Below, piece after piece: positions 16,963-26,207 of a DNA stretch of 64,000 nt. A program made the position numbers and the translations under genes. The stretch spans positions 1,094 through 65,093 of IMG/VR virus record IMGVR_UViG_3300025653_000035. One strand, 5' to 3'. Under the pieces are notes generated by a model. It did not search any database. It saw nothing but the letters and a program-made list of their open reading frames with translations, and was not told the origin of the DNA. Position 1 is the first letter of the stretch, and each line of letters opens with the position of its first letter. This stretch comes from a virus (taxonomy: Duplodnaviria; Caudoviricetes).

Positions 16963-17454
16963 TTAACCAGAGACTTCCATAAGAGTCATAGTAGAAGTTC
17001 CTTCACTTACCTGAGCAGTATAGTTTGCATTGTTATTATCATTAATTCGTGCTTCAATGTGATATGTGACTGCACTAGTTGTATTTGGAGAATCTAATGT
17101 TTGTAATATTACAGAAGCAACGTCGGAAGCATCTCCAGAAATAGCACCTCTTCCACCTATTGCTTGTTTACATTCAAAAATTTCAGTGGATCCACGAACA
17201 ATTCTTATATTAGCCCAACGGTTAGATGCTGTAGTTCTATAAACGTGCCCTTGTTGTGATACTATTATAAGAATTTTACTATCACTTCTTGTTGGAGTGA
17301 TTGTTCCAGTTAATCCAGTATCGGTATAATCAGTGTTTGCACTAATTGCAGTTGATACTGAATAGTTTGATTGTACAATCTGAATAATACCACCACTCGC
17401 ACCAGCAGGCAGTCCGTCTCTTGGAATAATTCTATTTGTTCTTAATTCTGACAT
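16963..17454 (-). CDS. Tail fibre tip / beta-sandwich virion protein
   Basis: MSELRTNRIIP; GGIIQIVQ; ITPTRSDSKILI; TMTLMEVSG. Confidence 0.6.
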   Translation of the reverse strand: MSELRTNRIIPRDGLPAGASGGIIQIVQSNYSVSTAISANTDYTDTGLTGTITPTRSDSKILIIVSQQGHVYRTTASNRWANIRIVRGSTEIFECKQAIGGRGAISGDASDVASVILQTLDSPNTTSAVTYHIEARINDNNNANYTAQVSEGTSTMTLMEVSG

Positions 17455-18095
17455 TATCCTGATATCTCCATAACTGTTATAGATGTTGCATTACCGCCTG
17501 CGTATACTCTACTATTATCAGGGCTGGAAGCAGTTGTATAACTATTACTACTCCTATTAACATAAAGCGTGTTATGGTTATTATCATCATAATGAAAATA
17601 CTCAATTGCAAATCTCATTATTGTACCTGATGCAACGGAAGATGAATAAAGAAAATTTCCACTCAAAGGCATTTTATGAAAAGCATCATTTCCAGCAGCG
17701 CCAGCATCAAATCTACTAAAAAAGAATTTAACATTGTTTGGATATGTATTATTTCCACCAGATCCTATCCTAGACCAAGATGTTCCTCCAGCTGGATCCA
17801 CAACAATTCCAAATCCAGAGATACAGTCACCATAAACAGCATCATTGCTTGCAGAAATATTACCGGAAAATATTACTAAAAATTTAGAGTTTGTTCCTAT
17901 TGATGTTATATTTACATAAGACTCTGATGGAATAACACTAAATCCACTAGTCAAGGATTGTCCAGTTCCATCAGCACTTCCATATACTAGTTCAGTATTA
18001 AAGTTTGTGGATTTTACCTGTATAATACCACCCCCACCACCAGTAGGGACACCATTAACAGGAATAATTCTATCTACTCTTAATTCAGAAGCCAT
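17454..18095 (-). CDS. Tail fibre tip protein, paralog of 16963..17454
   Basis: MASELRVDRIIP; GGGIIQVK; ITVMEISG. Confidence 0.6.
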   Translation of the reverse strand: MASELRVDRIIPVNGVPTGGGGGIIQVKSTNFNTELVYGSADGTGQSLTSGFSVIPSESYVNITSIGTNSKFLVIFSGNISASNDAVYGDCISGFGIVVDPAGGTSWSRIGSGGNNTYPNNVKFFFSRFDAGAAGNDAFHKMPLSGNFLYSSSVASGTIMRFAIEYFHYDDNNHNTLYVNRSSNSYTTASSPDNSRVYAGGNATSITVMEISG

Positions 18096-18098
18096 TTA

Positions 18099-18476
18099 TC
18101 AAGCAGGTTCGGTGGGCCAAGTAACAGAAGAAAGGTCAAGGTCTCCCATCTCATTCAGCGTAGGAGTCGCCGTAGAAGGAAGGTCACGAAGTGCCTGACG
18201 GTATGCCTTGAAGTCGGCAGAAAGGTTTGTACCAGTCTCCTTTGCCTTTACAACTTTCCAGTCAGTTGCTGCGAGTCTCTTGTCTCTCTCAATACGTAGA
18301 AGTCTTACTGGTTCTTCTGCTTCCAGTTCGGCAATCTTTGCGGTAATTTCTTCTTCGGTTGGTTTCTCGTATCCGTTTCCTCTAATCCACTCCAAACCAG
18401 AATACTCACCACCACGCAGAACCCATTCTGCTCCTGGTGTGAGTTTTTGTAGTGCTGATGGAATATCGTATTTCAT
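18099..18476 (-). CDS. Tail fibre assembly chaperone-like protein
   Basis: AL..LTPGAEW; LRIERDKRLAATDW; YRQALRDLP; WPTEP. Confidence 0.7.
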   Translation of the reverse strand: MKYDIPSALQKLTPGAEWVLRGGEYSGLEWIRGNGYEKPTEEEITAKIAELEAEEPVRLLRIERDKRLAATDWKVVKAKETGTNLSADFKAYRQALRDLPSTATPTLNEMGDLDLSSVTWPTEPA

Positions 18477-18499
18477 AGTAATATGTTATATGTGTTTAT

Positions 18500-19015
18500 T
18501 TATCCTAAAAAGTAACCGACAAATGATGTTTCTTTGATGACGCCACCATATATGCTTTGAGTTGCAGTATCTCCACTTCTAGATTGATATCCATAAATTT
18601 CTACATATTCACTCACATCAAGATGTACAATATCCATAAAATCTATACCATTTGGATTATCATTCCCTCCACTTCCTAATGGTCCAGAAAACCTTTTGTA
18701 TTCGGATCCATTTTTATAGATAAATGCTTCCGCCTGATACACACTGTAAATGTATAAGTGCCCCATAAAAAGATATTTTCCAGCAACTGGTGCTGTAAAT
18801 CTAAAATTTGTTGTACTATCAAAGTTTCCACCAACATCAAAAACTTCTACATTCCATTGAACTTTTGTTCTGGAATTATGTGCTATATCTTGATTACCAG
18901 AACGATAAACAGAAAATGCTGGGTGTGAAGATTTTATTAAATTTCCACTTGTGAAAATATTATTGTTTCCTATGCCAGAAAAAGAAGCACCACCTGCGAA
19001 GTTAAGAGTTCCCAT
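18500..19015 (-). CDS. C1q-like domain virion protein
   Basis: PAFSV; FDVGGNFD; RFTAPVAGKYLF; SFVGYFLG. Confidence 0.7.
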   Translation of the reverse strand: MGTLNFAGGASFSGIGNNNIFTSGNLIKSSHPAFSVYRSGNQDIAHNSRTKVQWNVEVFDVGGNFDSTTNFRFTAPVAGKYLFMGHLYIYSVYQAEAFIYKNGSEYKRFSGPLGSGGNDNPNGIDFMDIVHLDVSEYVEIYGYQSRSGDTATQSIYGGVIKETSFVGYFLG

Positions 19016-19024
19016 ATTACCTCC

Positions 19025-19381
19025 TTATACGATAACCCAAGTACCGTCAAGCGTCATAGTAGAACCAAGAGTGACTGGTCCAGCATTTAACGCATTGATA
19101 CTTGCTGAAATATAATAACCATTTGGGTTATCCAATGTTGGATTAAATGCTAAGAACCCATCACCGATATACATTCCAACAAAAGAATTACCAACTCCTG
19201 TGAGAGTACTACTGCTAGTACTATTGGTATGAACGCCAACATTTCCAGTGAAGTTGGCACTACCCCCTTTGATATTAACCGAGTCGGCAGTTAGATCTTT
19301 AACCGTAGTCTGCTGAGCAGTTACAGTTATAGTCTGACCACCACCTACTGGTTGTATTTGGTTGACGTTCAGAATACTCAT
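19025..19381 (-). CDS. Small virion/fibre adaptor protein
   Basis: MSILNVNQIQP N-terminus; NALNAGPVT...WVIV C-terminus shared with five other ORFs. Confidence 0.55.
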   Translation of the reverse strand: MSILNVNQIQPVGGGQTITVTAQQTTVKDLTADSVNIKGGSANFTGNVGVHTNSTSSSTLTGVGNSFVGMYIGDGFLAFNPTLDNPNGYYISASINALNAGPVTLGSTMTLDGTWVIV

Positions 19382-19384
19382 AGG

Positions 19385-19403
19385 AGTTTTTTTAGGTATT
19401 TAT
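19385..19403 (-). promoter_or_regulatory. Representative late-promoter gene junction ATAAATA-CCTAAAAAAA (over 20 TAAATA junctions in the window)
   Basis: Also at about 18497,19729,20517,24614,25908,26202,27380,30572,32568,34949,37087,39670,41744,45904,46695,48997,49504,51527,51954,52016,53005,62914,63313; T4-type late -10 motif. Confidence 0.8.
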
Positions 19404-19690
19404 GGTGTTGCTTCAGCGTCAGCAACTAACTTCTGTCTCCACGCTTCTTTGACTGCATCTGTCCAGGCAGCAGTGCAGATTGCTTGCACGTCCGCATCTT
19501 CACCAGAAAGGTCAGTATCTACCAGAACATTACCTTCTCCAAGAGTACCAGGATGAAGAACGTGACGGTGGAATGAACGGGTGACTTCTACACCATCTCT
19601 TTCAATCACAGTCGCACAGCGAACTTGGACTGCTTTGTATTGTCCGACAACTTCAATCTTGTCGTTTTCGCATCTTTCAGTAAGTGCCAT
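19400..19690 (-). CDS. Small tail-fibre-associated protein
   Basis: DKIEVVGQYKAVQVR...SFHRHVL...VQAICTAAWT; follows a DDYEEGTWTP fibre gene. Confidence 0.6.
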   Translation of the reverse strand: MALTERCENDKIEVVGQYKAVQVRCATVIERDGVEVTRSFHRHVLHPGTLGEGNVLVDTDLSGEDADVQAICTAAWTDAVKEAWRQKLVADAEATP

Positions 19691-19692
19691 TA

Positions 19693-19740
19693 GGATAATC
19701 CTCCGAACTAAACAGGTTTAGGCGTAGGTATTTATTATGC
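19693..19740. repeat. 48-bp direct repeat, copy 1
   Basis: GGATAATCCTCCGAACTAAACAGGTTTAGGCGTAGGTATTTATTATGC; 2 mismatches to 51980..52027. Confidence 0.9.
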
Positions 19741-20502
19741 TGCTCTGTAAGTCATTTGAATACGAAAACTTGAAGTATCCCCATTAATATCTTTATGTTT
19801 CAAGGCAGCATAATTACTGTCTCCAACAGAATTTTGAAAATAAAATCTTAAACTATTACCATTCGCCATAAAGAGAGCCAAATCTCCTCCAATACCGTCA
19901 GTATCATTAATATATCTGTACATCACACTGCCAACATTAGCATCTGTATTTTCGCCAGCATAAGGTAATGATTGAATTTGAACCACAGCATCGGACGTAA
20001 TATTAGACCAACCATCAATGTAAACATTTAAATGAACAATATTTCCAATTTTAGTATACTTAGCACTAGTATAGTCAATAGTTCCAGTTTCTGAAGTAGG
20101 GGTCCAAGTCCCTTCCTCGTAATCATCCAGGAGTTCAGAAGTTTTTCCAGTGGCGTCAGCAGTCGCAGAGAAGTCAATACCAGTTCCTGATGTTGAGAAT
20201 ACTAGGTTTCCGTTGGTAAGATAAAGAGAATGACCAGATCCAACAACAGTATTGCCAAGATTATTAACCATTAATGATGATGCAGGTGCTCCACCATCAA
20301 CGTGGAATCCATTATTGACACCAGCAGAAATATTTGTAAATGAAGCAGTTCCTCCTTGAACATTTCCCGTAATGTGAGCAGAACCATTTACTACCACATC
20401 GGTACTGGCACCACCAACAACTATATTTCCACCAGCAGTGCCAATACCAATATTCACACCAATAGTTGGTAGTATTTGATCTACACGAAGTTGACTAGCC
20501 AT
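19735..20502 (-). CDS. Tail fibre protein (GIDFSA...LDDYEEGTWTP family)
   Basis: GIDFSATADA; SELLDDYEEGTWTPT; YTKIGNIVHL. Confidence 0.7.
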   Translation of the reverse strand: MASQLRVDQILPTIGVNIGIGTAGGNIVVGGASTDVVVNGSAHITGNVQGGTASFTNISAGVNNGFHVDGGAPASSLMVNNLGNTVVGSGHSLYLTNGNLVFSTSGTGIDFSATADATGKTSELLDDYEEGTWTPTSETGTIDYTSAKYTKIGNIVHLNVYIDGWSNITSDAVVQIQSLPYAGENTDANVGSVMYRYINDTDGIGGDLALFMANGNSLRFYFQNSVGDSNYAALKHKDINGDTSSFRIQMTYRAA

Positions 20503-20528
20503 TATGGTTTTTTAGGTATTTATGATAC

Positions 20529-20557
20529 TTGACAAGAGTCTCTATTATGAGTAGAAT
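20529..20557 (+). promoter_or_regulatory. Sigma70 promoter TTGACA-N17-TAGAAT facing antisense into the 1185-aa adhesin gene
   Basis: Near-consensus hexamers, 17-nt spacer; downstream TTTGTT..AAGA shared with the 16902 element. Confidence 0.6.
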
Positions 20558-20593
20558 ACCTTTGTTAGGGTTGAAGAGAGGGGCTAATCTTTA

Positions 20594-23500
20594 TTACTTG
20601 GCATTTGCAGTCTGGAATGGAGACTCTGCGAAAGCAGCGAAGATGTAAGTAGCCCCATTATTATTTCCACCATACCCCGATGCTTGCCTTACTTTAAATC
20701 CATTAGAAAGAAAATCAATATCATGAGCATTAAAAGTTTCTACATCTGATGTATTAGAGAATAAAACACCAGTAATTGGATTTGTGGGTTTTCTTGAATT
20801 ATCAAAAATATACCAATTAGTAGCAACAGTTGATGATTTAATCATTACTAGTGCCGGTTTAAATCCACAATACACAAAAGGACCATCAGTACTTGCATTA
20901 CCCACATAACTTCCGAACTTACTGAAGCCTTCTATTTCTGCCCAACAGTATGCGATATAAGTTCCATTAAGGACATTTCTATCAGTTCCTAATGTAATAA
21001 CAGAAGAGTTTGGGTCTGTATCATTCCAAAATGTAGTACTGCTCTGAATACTATTTGTGAGATTCAGATACAATGCTTGATTATTTGTTAGTGATGATGT
21101 CCAAACATTCCATTGTGAAGCACTGTCTCTTCTCTTTACAATAATAAATCCTGGAGTTTTTCCGAGTCCGTGACCGAAAGTGGCACCTGCGTTTCCATCA
21201 CCAGTATAAGACACAATACTAAACCCAGCAGTCTGATTCGCACTCACCACAGATTGAATTGAACCATCTGTGTTTGTTGATGTGGTGCCTGCTCCTGCTC
21301 TCCAACACCAAGCTACATAAGTTCTTCCACTTCCATTAGTTCCAACACTAGTGTATCCAGAACCCAGTGAGAACCCATCATCATCAAAACTAGTAAGATT
21401 AACTGTATCAGTATATTCAGCATCAGGACTGTTTGTTTTTATCTGTAAAGCAGGTCCTCTTACACTATCAAATAATACATGGCTTCCACCTTCACTTCTA
21501 ACTTTTATCCAAACTAAATCTGGTTTAAATCCGAGACCTTGAATGCTTCTTGGAGTCTGACTTCCAGTATAAAGCACACCCTTAAAATACTCACCAGGAT
21601 TCTTAATCGCAGGAGTTGGTAAGTTGTCCTCACACAATGCTAGAAAACCACTTGGAGGTTGATACTTAAAGAGTCCTTTGCCGTTGGAGTCTGTGTAGGT
21701 TCCTGCTGTGGTGTTTCCAGAGAATGTTGGATTTTGACCGAAGTTAAAACTGCCTGCTGGACCACCACTTCCATACCCCTCAACAAGAGGAACTAAAACA
21801 CTATTAGTAAGACCACTAAAAATATTAGATGCCATTGGATTTGTCCCAGCAACAGGGTCACCAGAATTTTGCCATACTCCATTTTTACTTGCAAATATTC
21901 TTCCATTATCCACATCTAATGCGATACCAACAGTATCACCGATGGTCCAACTGTCTCCATATGCAGTATTTGGTGGATAATAAGTTCCACTATTCCTGTA
22001 ACTAAAATACCCACTGACTGTAATATCATACGAAGTTGCTGCCCAACCAACAGCACCTGCTCTTGAACCACCTACGTTGCTTGGATTGAATTCAAAATAC
22101 CATTTACCTCCCACTGATGAAGATATTCCTATAGTTCCTTGCGAAAACTTACCTGCTCCGCCAGCAACGGTAAGATTTCCGTTTGTTAAAGTATCTGGAG
22201 ATGGTATTAAAGGATTTAAAGTCGCAAAGTTATTCGCAGTACAATCAGGCACTGCTCTCCAACTCTCAAAACCCACTGGTGTATAAGGTTTAGGAACATC
22301 AAAACCACCTTTGTATTTTGCTACACCTTTGTAGAAACGGAAGTCTTGTATATCACCATTAAAACCATATCCAACACCACCATAAGCATTAGAACCAATT
22401 TGTGCAATCCTAAACGGATTACTATCACCAATAGAAGAAGTGTATGTTTGAGTATAAACTGCAACCCCATTCATATAAGTTGTCAGTTGTCCATTATATC
22501 TTTCTAAACAAAAATGATTCCATTGTTCACCAACTAAATTTCCATATGAACTACCACTACCTCCAGTAAGACTCACGCCACCACCCATCATATAAATTTG
22601 ATTTGATGCTGATGTGCCGTTGATATAAACATCCCAATTTCCAGCACTATTTGCATCCTGCCCAAAAATTCTGGCATTTGTTGTTTGAGTTGAATCTGGA
22701 TTTAACCACATCTCTATAGTAAAATCTCCAGTCCCAACATTAAAATCACCAGAAGTTCCTGGAAATTCTAGATAATCATTGTTAGAACTGCTAGTATATG
22801 CACTTCCATAGTATCCACCAAGTTCATAACCTACACCAGAACTACCAGATAATGTGGGTGTTTTATTACTTCCACTACCTTTGATGTCGGCAGAGTAGTC
22901 TCTTACTGGAATTGCTTCTTTAAGAGAGATATTATCAAAATATACTTCTCCAGAATTATTTCTTGAATGGAAAGTAATATCAAGAGTTGTTGCCGTTGCC
23001 TCAAATTCAAAATCAAATTTATATTCAGTTCCTGGTTCTATACCAAAAACATCTTGAGAATATTTTCCAGTAGTTCCTAGTCTGCAAAGATAACCTAAAC
23101 GACTAGTTTCAAATGAGAAATAATATCTAGTTCCAATAGTCAGTCCAGTAACTTGTTGATGTAAATCTGCATAGTTTGCTGAAGTTCCATCCTGACCACC
23201 AAGTACAAGTGTACCGTCTCTCCAGGTTATTGTGCCAGTGCCATACTGAACGCTATTCCAACTGCTAATATCAGTATCAAATGTTCCGTTCGTAACGAGT
23301 TCTGTATTAGTGTTTTCTAGTGCAATACCAGGAACCGCAAGAACTAGGTTAGCAGCATAAGGGTCTGTTCTCAACTGACTTACATAAGCATCGGTAGTTT
23401 CAGGAGCACCGTTGCGTGGTTGTGGATTATTTTCACCTTTTAATGTAATGATGCTGTTAGGTTCGCAATGGAAATCTGCTCCCATATTTGATGCATCATT

Positions 23501-24151
23501 GATGGGAAGATAGAAACCATTGACACCAAATCCACCTTCGGCATTAATTGCTGCTTTAATTGATGATGGTTTCTTTGGAACCCACTGTCCTCTTTTAAAA
23601 CTAGTTGCTTCTGCAGAACCAGCAGAGATGTATCCAGCACCATCTTTATGATATCCAAACACATCTGGTGTGAGTGCTTGACCGTCTACGAAAAAGACAT
23701 CAAACATTTCGCTTTCAGTAGCAAAAGTAGTTGCTCCATCAAATAGTCTTCCAACTCCATGCATTGTTAAACTATTAACCCAAGTATTATAATTTTGAGT
23801 AACAGTGTATGATTGAAAACTAGTAAGGTTTATGCCATTAACATACATTTTTACTCTATTTTCACTAGTTTCTTTAGTAGTATCTACAGAAACTACAATA
23901 TTCAACCAAGAAGATGCATCTCTCCTTGCTTCCGAAGTTTGCACTTGAAGTTGAGTTGATGAAACAATATCTAATAAACCAACACCACGAGTTGAATTTA
24001 AGTGTATACCTCCCCAATTACTTGCTAAACTTCCTGCAGAAAAAATAAAACTGTCACTGGAAATTTGATTTCTTTTTACCCAACCTGCCCAAGTAAAAAC
24101 CTTTCTATTGCCACTACTTGTAGGAGTTCTCTTTAAATATTCGTTTGCCAT
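20594..24151 (-). CDS. Large virion adhesin/fibre with ConA-like (LamG) and SPRY-like domains, copy A
   Basis: FTWAGWVKR; GDFTIEMW...WNHFCLER...YMNG; GKWYFEF..GIALDVDNG; GFKPDLVWIK. Confidence 0.7.
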   Translation of the reverse strand: MANEYLKRTPTSSGNRKVFTWAGWVKRNQISSDSFIFSAGSLASNWGGIHLNSTRGVGLLDIVSSTQLQVQTSEARRDASSWLNIVVSVDTTKETSENRVKMYVNGINLTSFQSYTVTQNYNTWVNSLTMHGVGRLFDGATTFATESEMFDVFFVDGQALTPDVFGYHKDGAGYISAGSAEATSFKRGQWVPKKPSSIKAAINAEGGFGVNGFYLPINDASNMGADFHCEPNSIITLKGENNPQPRNGAPETTDAYVSQLRTDPYAANLVLAVPGIALENTNTELVTNGTFDTDISSWNSVQYGTGTITWRDGTLVLGGQDGTSANYADLHQQVTGLTIGTRYYFSFETSRLGYLCRLGTTGKYSQDVFGIEPGTEYKFDFEFEATATTLDITFHSRNNSGEVYFDNISLKEAIPVRDYSADIKGSGSNKTPTLSGSSGVGYELGGYYGSAYTSSSNNDYLEFPGTSGDFNVGTGDFTIEMWLNPDSTQTTNARIFGQDANSAGNWDVYINGTSASNQIYMMGGGVSLTGGSGSSYGNLVGEQWNHFCLERYNGQLTTYMNGVAVYTQTYTSSIGDSNPFRIAQIGSNAYGGVGYGFNGDIQDFRFYKGVAKYKGGFDVPKPYTPVGFESWRAVPDCTANNFATLNPLIPSPDTLTNGNLTVAGGAGKFSQGTIGISSSVGGKWYFEFNPSNVGGSRAGAVGWAATSYDITVSGYFSYRNSGTYYPPNTAYGDSWTIGDTVGIALDVDNGRIFASKNGVWQNSGDPVAGTNPMASNIFSGLTNSVLVPLVEGYGSGGPAGSFNFGQNPTFSGNTTAGTYTDSNGKGLFKYQPPSGFLALCEDNLPTPAIKNPGEYFKGVLYTGSQTPRSIQGLGFKPDLVWIKVRSEGGSHVLFDSVRGPALQIKTNSPDAEYTDTVNLTSFDDDGFSLGSGYTSVGTNGSGRTYVAWCWRAGAGTTSTNTDGSIQSVVSANQTAGFSIVSYTGDGNAGATFGHGLGKTPGFIIVKRRDSASQWNVWTSSLTNNQALYLNLTNSIQSSTTFWNDTDPNSSVITLGTDRNVLNGTYIAYCWAEIEGFSKFGSYVGNASTDGPFVYCGFKPALVMIKSSTVATNWYIFDNSRKPTNPITGVLFSNTSDVETFNAHDIDFLSNGFKVRQASGYGGNNNGATYIFAAFAESPFQTANAK

Positions 24152-24162
24152 TTTTTATTACC

Positions 24163-24591
24163 TTAACCAAAAATACCTGAACCTTCTGGAAAGTATTCTG
24201 AAACTATTTCAATCCAGTTACTTCCATTATATACTTCAAGAGAACCAGAAGTATCATTCCACCTCATATAACCACTATCTGGTGATGCTGGTCTTTGTAC
24301 CGTAGTGCCTTTTGGTAGTGCAAAAGCATCAGTTGCCTGTGAGGCATCTAGACAGACCTTAGGGGAGTCTGTTCTAATTCCTAATGAACTACCAGCACCA
24401 GTTAAATTGATTCCTGTTCTGGCAGTAATAACCCCAATAGAATCTACATTGGTTACATCATCATAAGTGACCGTACCAGCAACACCAATGCTACCAGAAA
24501 ACTGTACGTTATTTGCATAGATTGCAAGAGTGGAACCCTGCGAGGATACACTGGCAATTCCTGCAATACTATTGGGATTAATGACTGTCAT
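24163..24591 (-). CDS. Small fibre/adaptor protein, paralog of 45336..45881
   Basis: TYDDVTNVDSIG; LDASQATDAFALP.GTT.QRP; EVYNGSNW. Confidence 0.6.
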   Translation of the reverse strand: MTVINPNSIAGIASVSSQGSTLAIYANNVQFSGSIGVAGTVTYDDVTNVDSIGVITARTGINLTGAGSSLGIRTDSPKVCLDASQATDAFALPKGTTVQRPASPDSGYMRWNDTSGSLEVYNGSNWIEIVSEYFPEGSGIFG

Positions 24592-24619
24592 TTATGAGTT
24601 TCCTCCGTTCAAGTATTTA

Positions 24620-25891
24620 TTAAACAACTACATAATGTCCATCAACAGTCAGAACACCAGCGATATTAACAGGTCCTGCCATCAGACCATTGAATGCTGT
24701 TCCAATATAATGATTTCCATTTAGAGTATTATCCATTAACATCATTCCGTTAGAAACATATACTCCTTGGAAAGAATTTCCAATACCAGTGATTGCATCA
24801 CCAATATCAGTCGTATTAATACCAGCAGACTTCGTTGTGTGAACTCCAACAGAGTTGGAACCCCAAGTTCCTCCTGCACCAACAGCAGAAATTTGAATAT
24901 CAACTGTATTACCATTAAGTAATATGCTGTTACCTAAACCAACAAAGTTTAAAGTTCTTACAGTTCCAATAGCAACACCACCGGACTGAATAGCAACAAC
25001 TGGATCAGTATCTGTGATGACAACATTACCAGTTCTTCCGTAGAATCCAGTGACCTCACTAGTAGTTGCACCCGCAAATCCAATATGTCTGACTTGAATA
25101 TTAGAATTATTTGGAGGAGCAGCAGTAAATCCTAATACGTTAGAACTTAGATCATACGCTCTTATATTTTGATTATCTGATGGATATTGAACAACACCAT
25201 CAATAGTTACAAGAATATTTTGACTGTTGACAGGAATTTTGGATAGTGTGAAGTCTGTTGTAGTTCCGTCACCAGTAAAACTGTCAACATCATTATCGGC
25301 AATATCAAATGTTGGGAAGTTATTTGCTACAAGATTTCCCCAGAATATATCAGTTGATGTTGGTGCAACAGAAAATACAATGACAGAACCTAAATCAATA
25401 CCAAATCCATTTGCAGGAGTTGTTGTGTCCTGTGGTTGCTGAATCACACCATTGATAGACAATTGCAGTTGTGCTGCTCTTGTCATCTGTGCCTTGGTGC
25501 CACCATTATATGATGCAGTAAATCTAGTGTTTACCCCATCAAATGCAACATTCAGTGTATGTGAGGTACCGACACCAAGACCACTGATTGGTACTGCAAT
25601 GTTATTAACTGCATCAGACGCTGATGCTGCAAGTTTAATGGTATTCTTATCATTTTTTATGACATAATAAACACCATTGGAAAGTCCACCAATCGCTGTC
25701 CCACCACCGTCATTGTAGGTCACTCGCTGACCTTGAATGAAACGATTGTCGTTATATGTAATCGTATCATCAGCAACAGATACAACAGATGTTGATGAAC
25801 CATCAAACGTCAGAGTGTATGACGTGATGTCATCTAATATCCTAAAAGAATTATTTTCACCTGTTGCTGGTTGATTGCCGAGATATGACAT
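24620..25891 (-). CDS. Virion structural / fibre-base protein
   Basis: MSYLGNQP; LDDI; FDG; SINGVIQQP; FTGDGTTTDFTL repeats; AGPV C-terminal motif. Confidence 0.6.
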   Translation of the reverse strand: MSYLGNQPATGENNSFRILDDITSYTLTFDGSSTSVVSVADDTITYNDNRFIQGQRVTYNDGGGTAIGGLSNGVYYVIKNDKNTIKLAASASDAVNNIAVPISGLGVGTSHTLNVAFDGVNTRFTASYNGGTKAQMTRAAQLQLSINGVIQQPQDTTTPANGFGIDLGSVIVFSVAPTSTDIFWGNLVANNFPTFDIADNDVDSFTGDGTTTDFTLSKIPVNSQNILVTIDGVVQYPSDNQNIRAYDLSSNVLGFTAAPPNNSNIQVRHIGFAGATTSEVTGFYGRTGNVVITDTDPVVAIQSGGVAIGTVRTLNFVGLGNSILLNGNTVDIQISAVGAGGTWGSNSVGVHTTKSAGINTTDIGDAITGIGNSFQGVYVSNGMMLMDNTLNGNHYIGTAFNGLMAGPVNIAGVLTVDGHYVVV

Positions 25892-25913
25892 TATAGGGGT
25901 TTTTAGTTATTTA

Positions 25914-26186
25914 TCAGGAACCAGCTGCTGTTGAAATACCAGCGTTTCTTTGAGCAACAGTTTGAATTACACCCTCAGCATATGCAGCATCTACCATTGC
26001 TGCTTTACCAACAGCAGTAATGGGTTCATTACGATCTAACTTATATGTTGTATAGATGGAGCAAATTTTATCAATCGCAGTATTTGCTCTAACTTCGGCA
26101 GCATTAGTAATCCAAGTATCAACATCAACAGCAACGTACTCCATTGCCTTGCGTTGTGCTTCTGTTAAAGTGATAGTATAATCCAT
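25914..26186 (-). CDS. Small tail-fibre-associated protein
   Basis: MDYTITLT..Q.KAMEYVAVDVDTWITNAA; late-promoter junction. Confidence 0.55.
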   Translation of the reverse strand: MDYTITLTEAQRKAMEYVAVDVDTWITNAAEVRANTAIDKICSIYTTYKLDRNEPITAVGKAAMVDAAYAEGVIQTVAQRNAGISTAAGS

Positions 26187-26207
26187 AGTAATTTTTTTAG
26201 GTATTTA

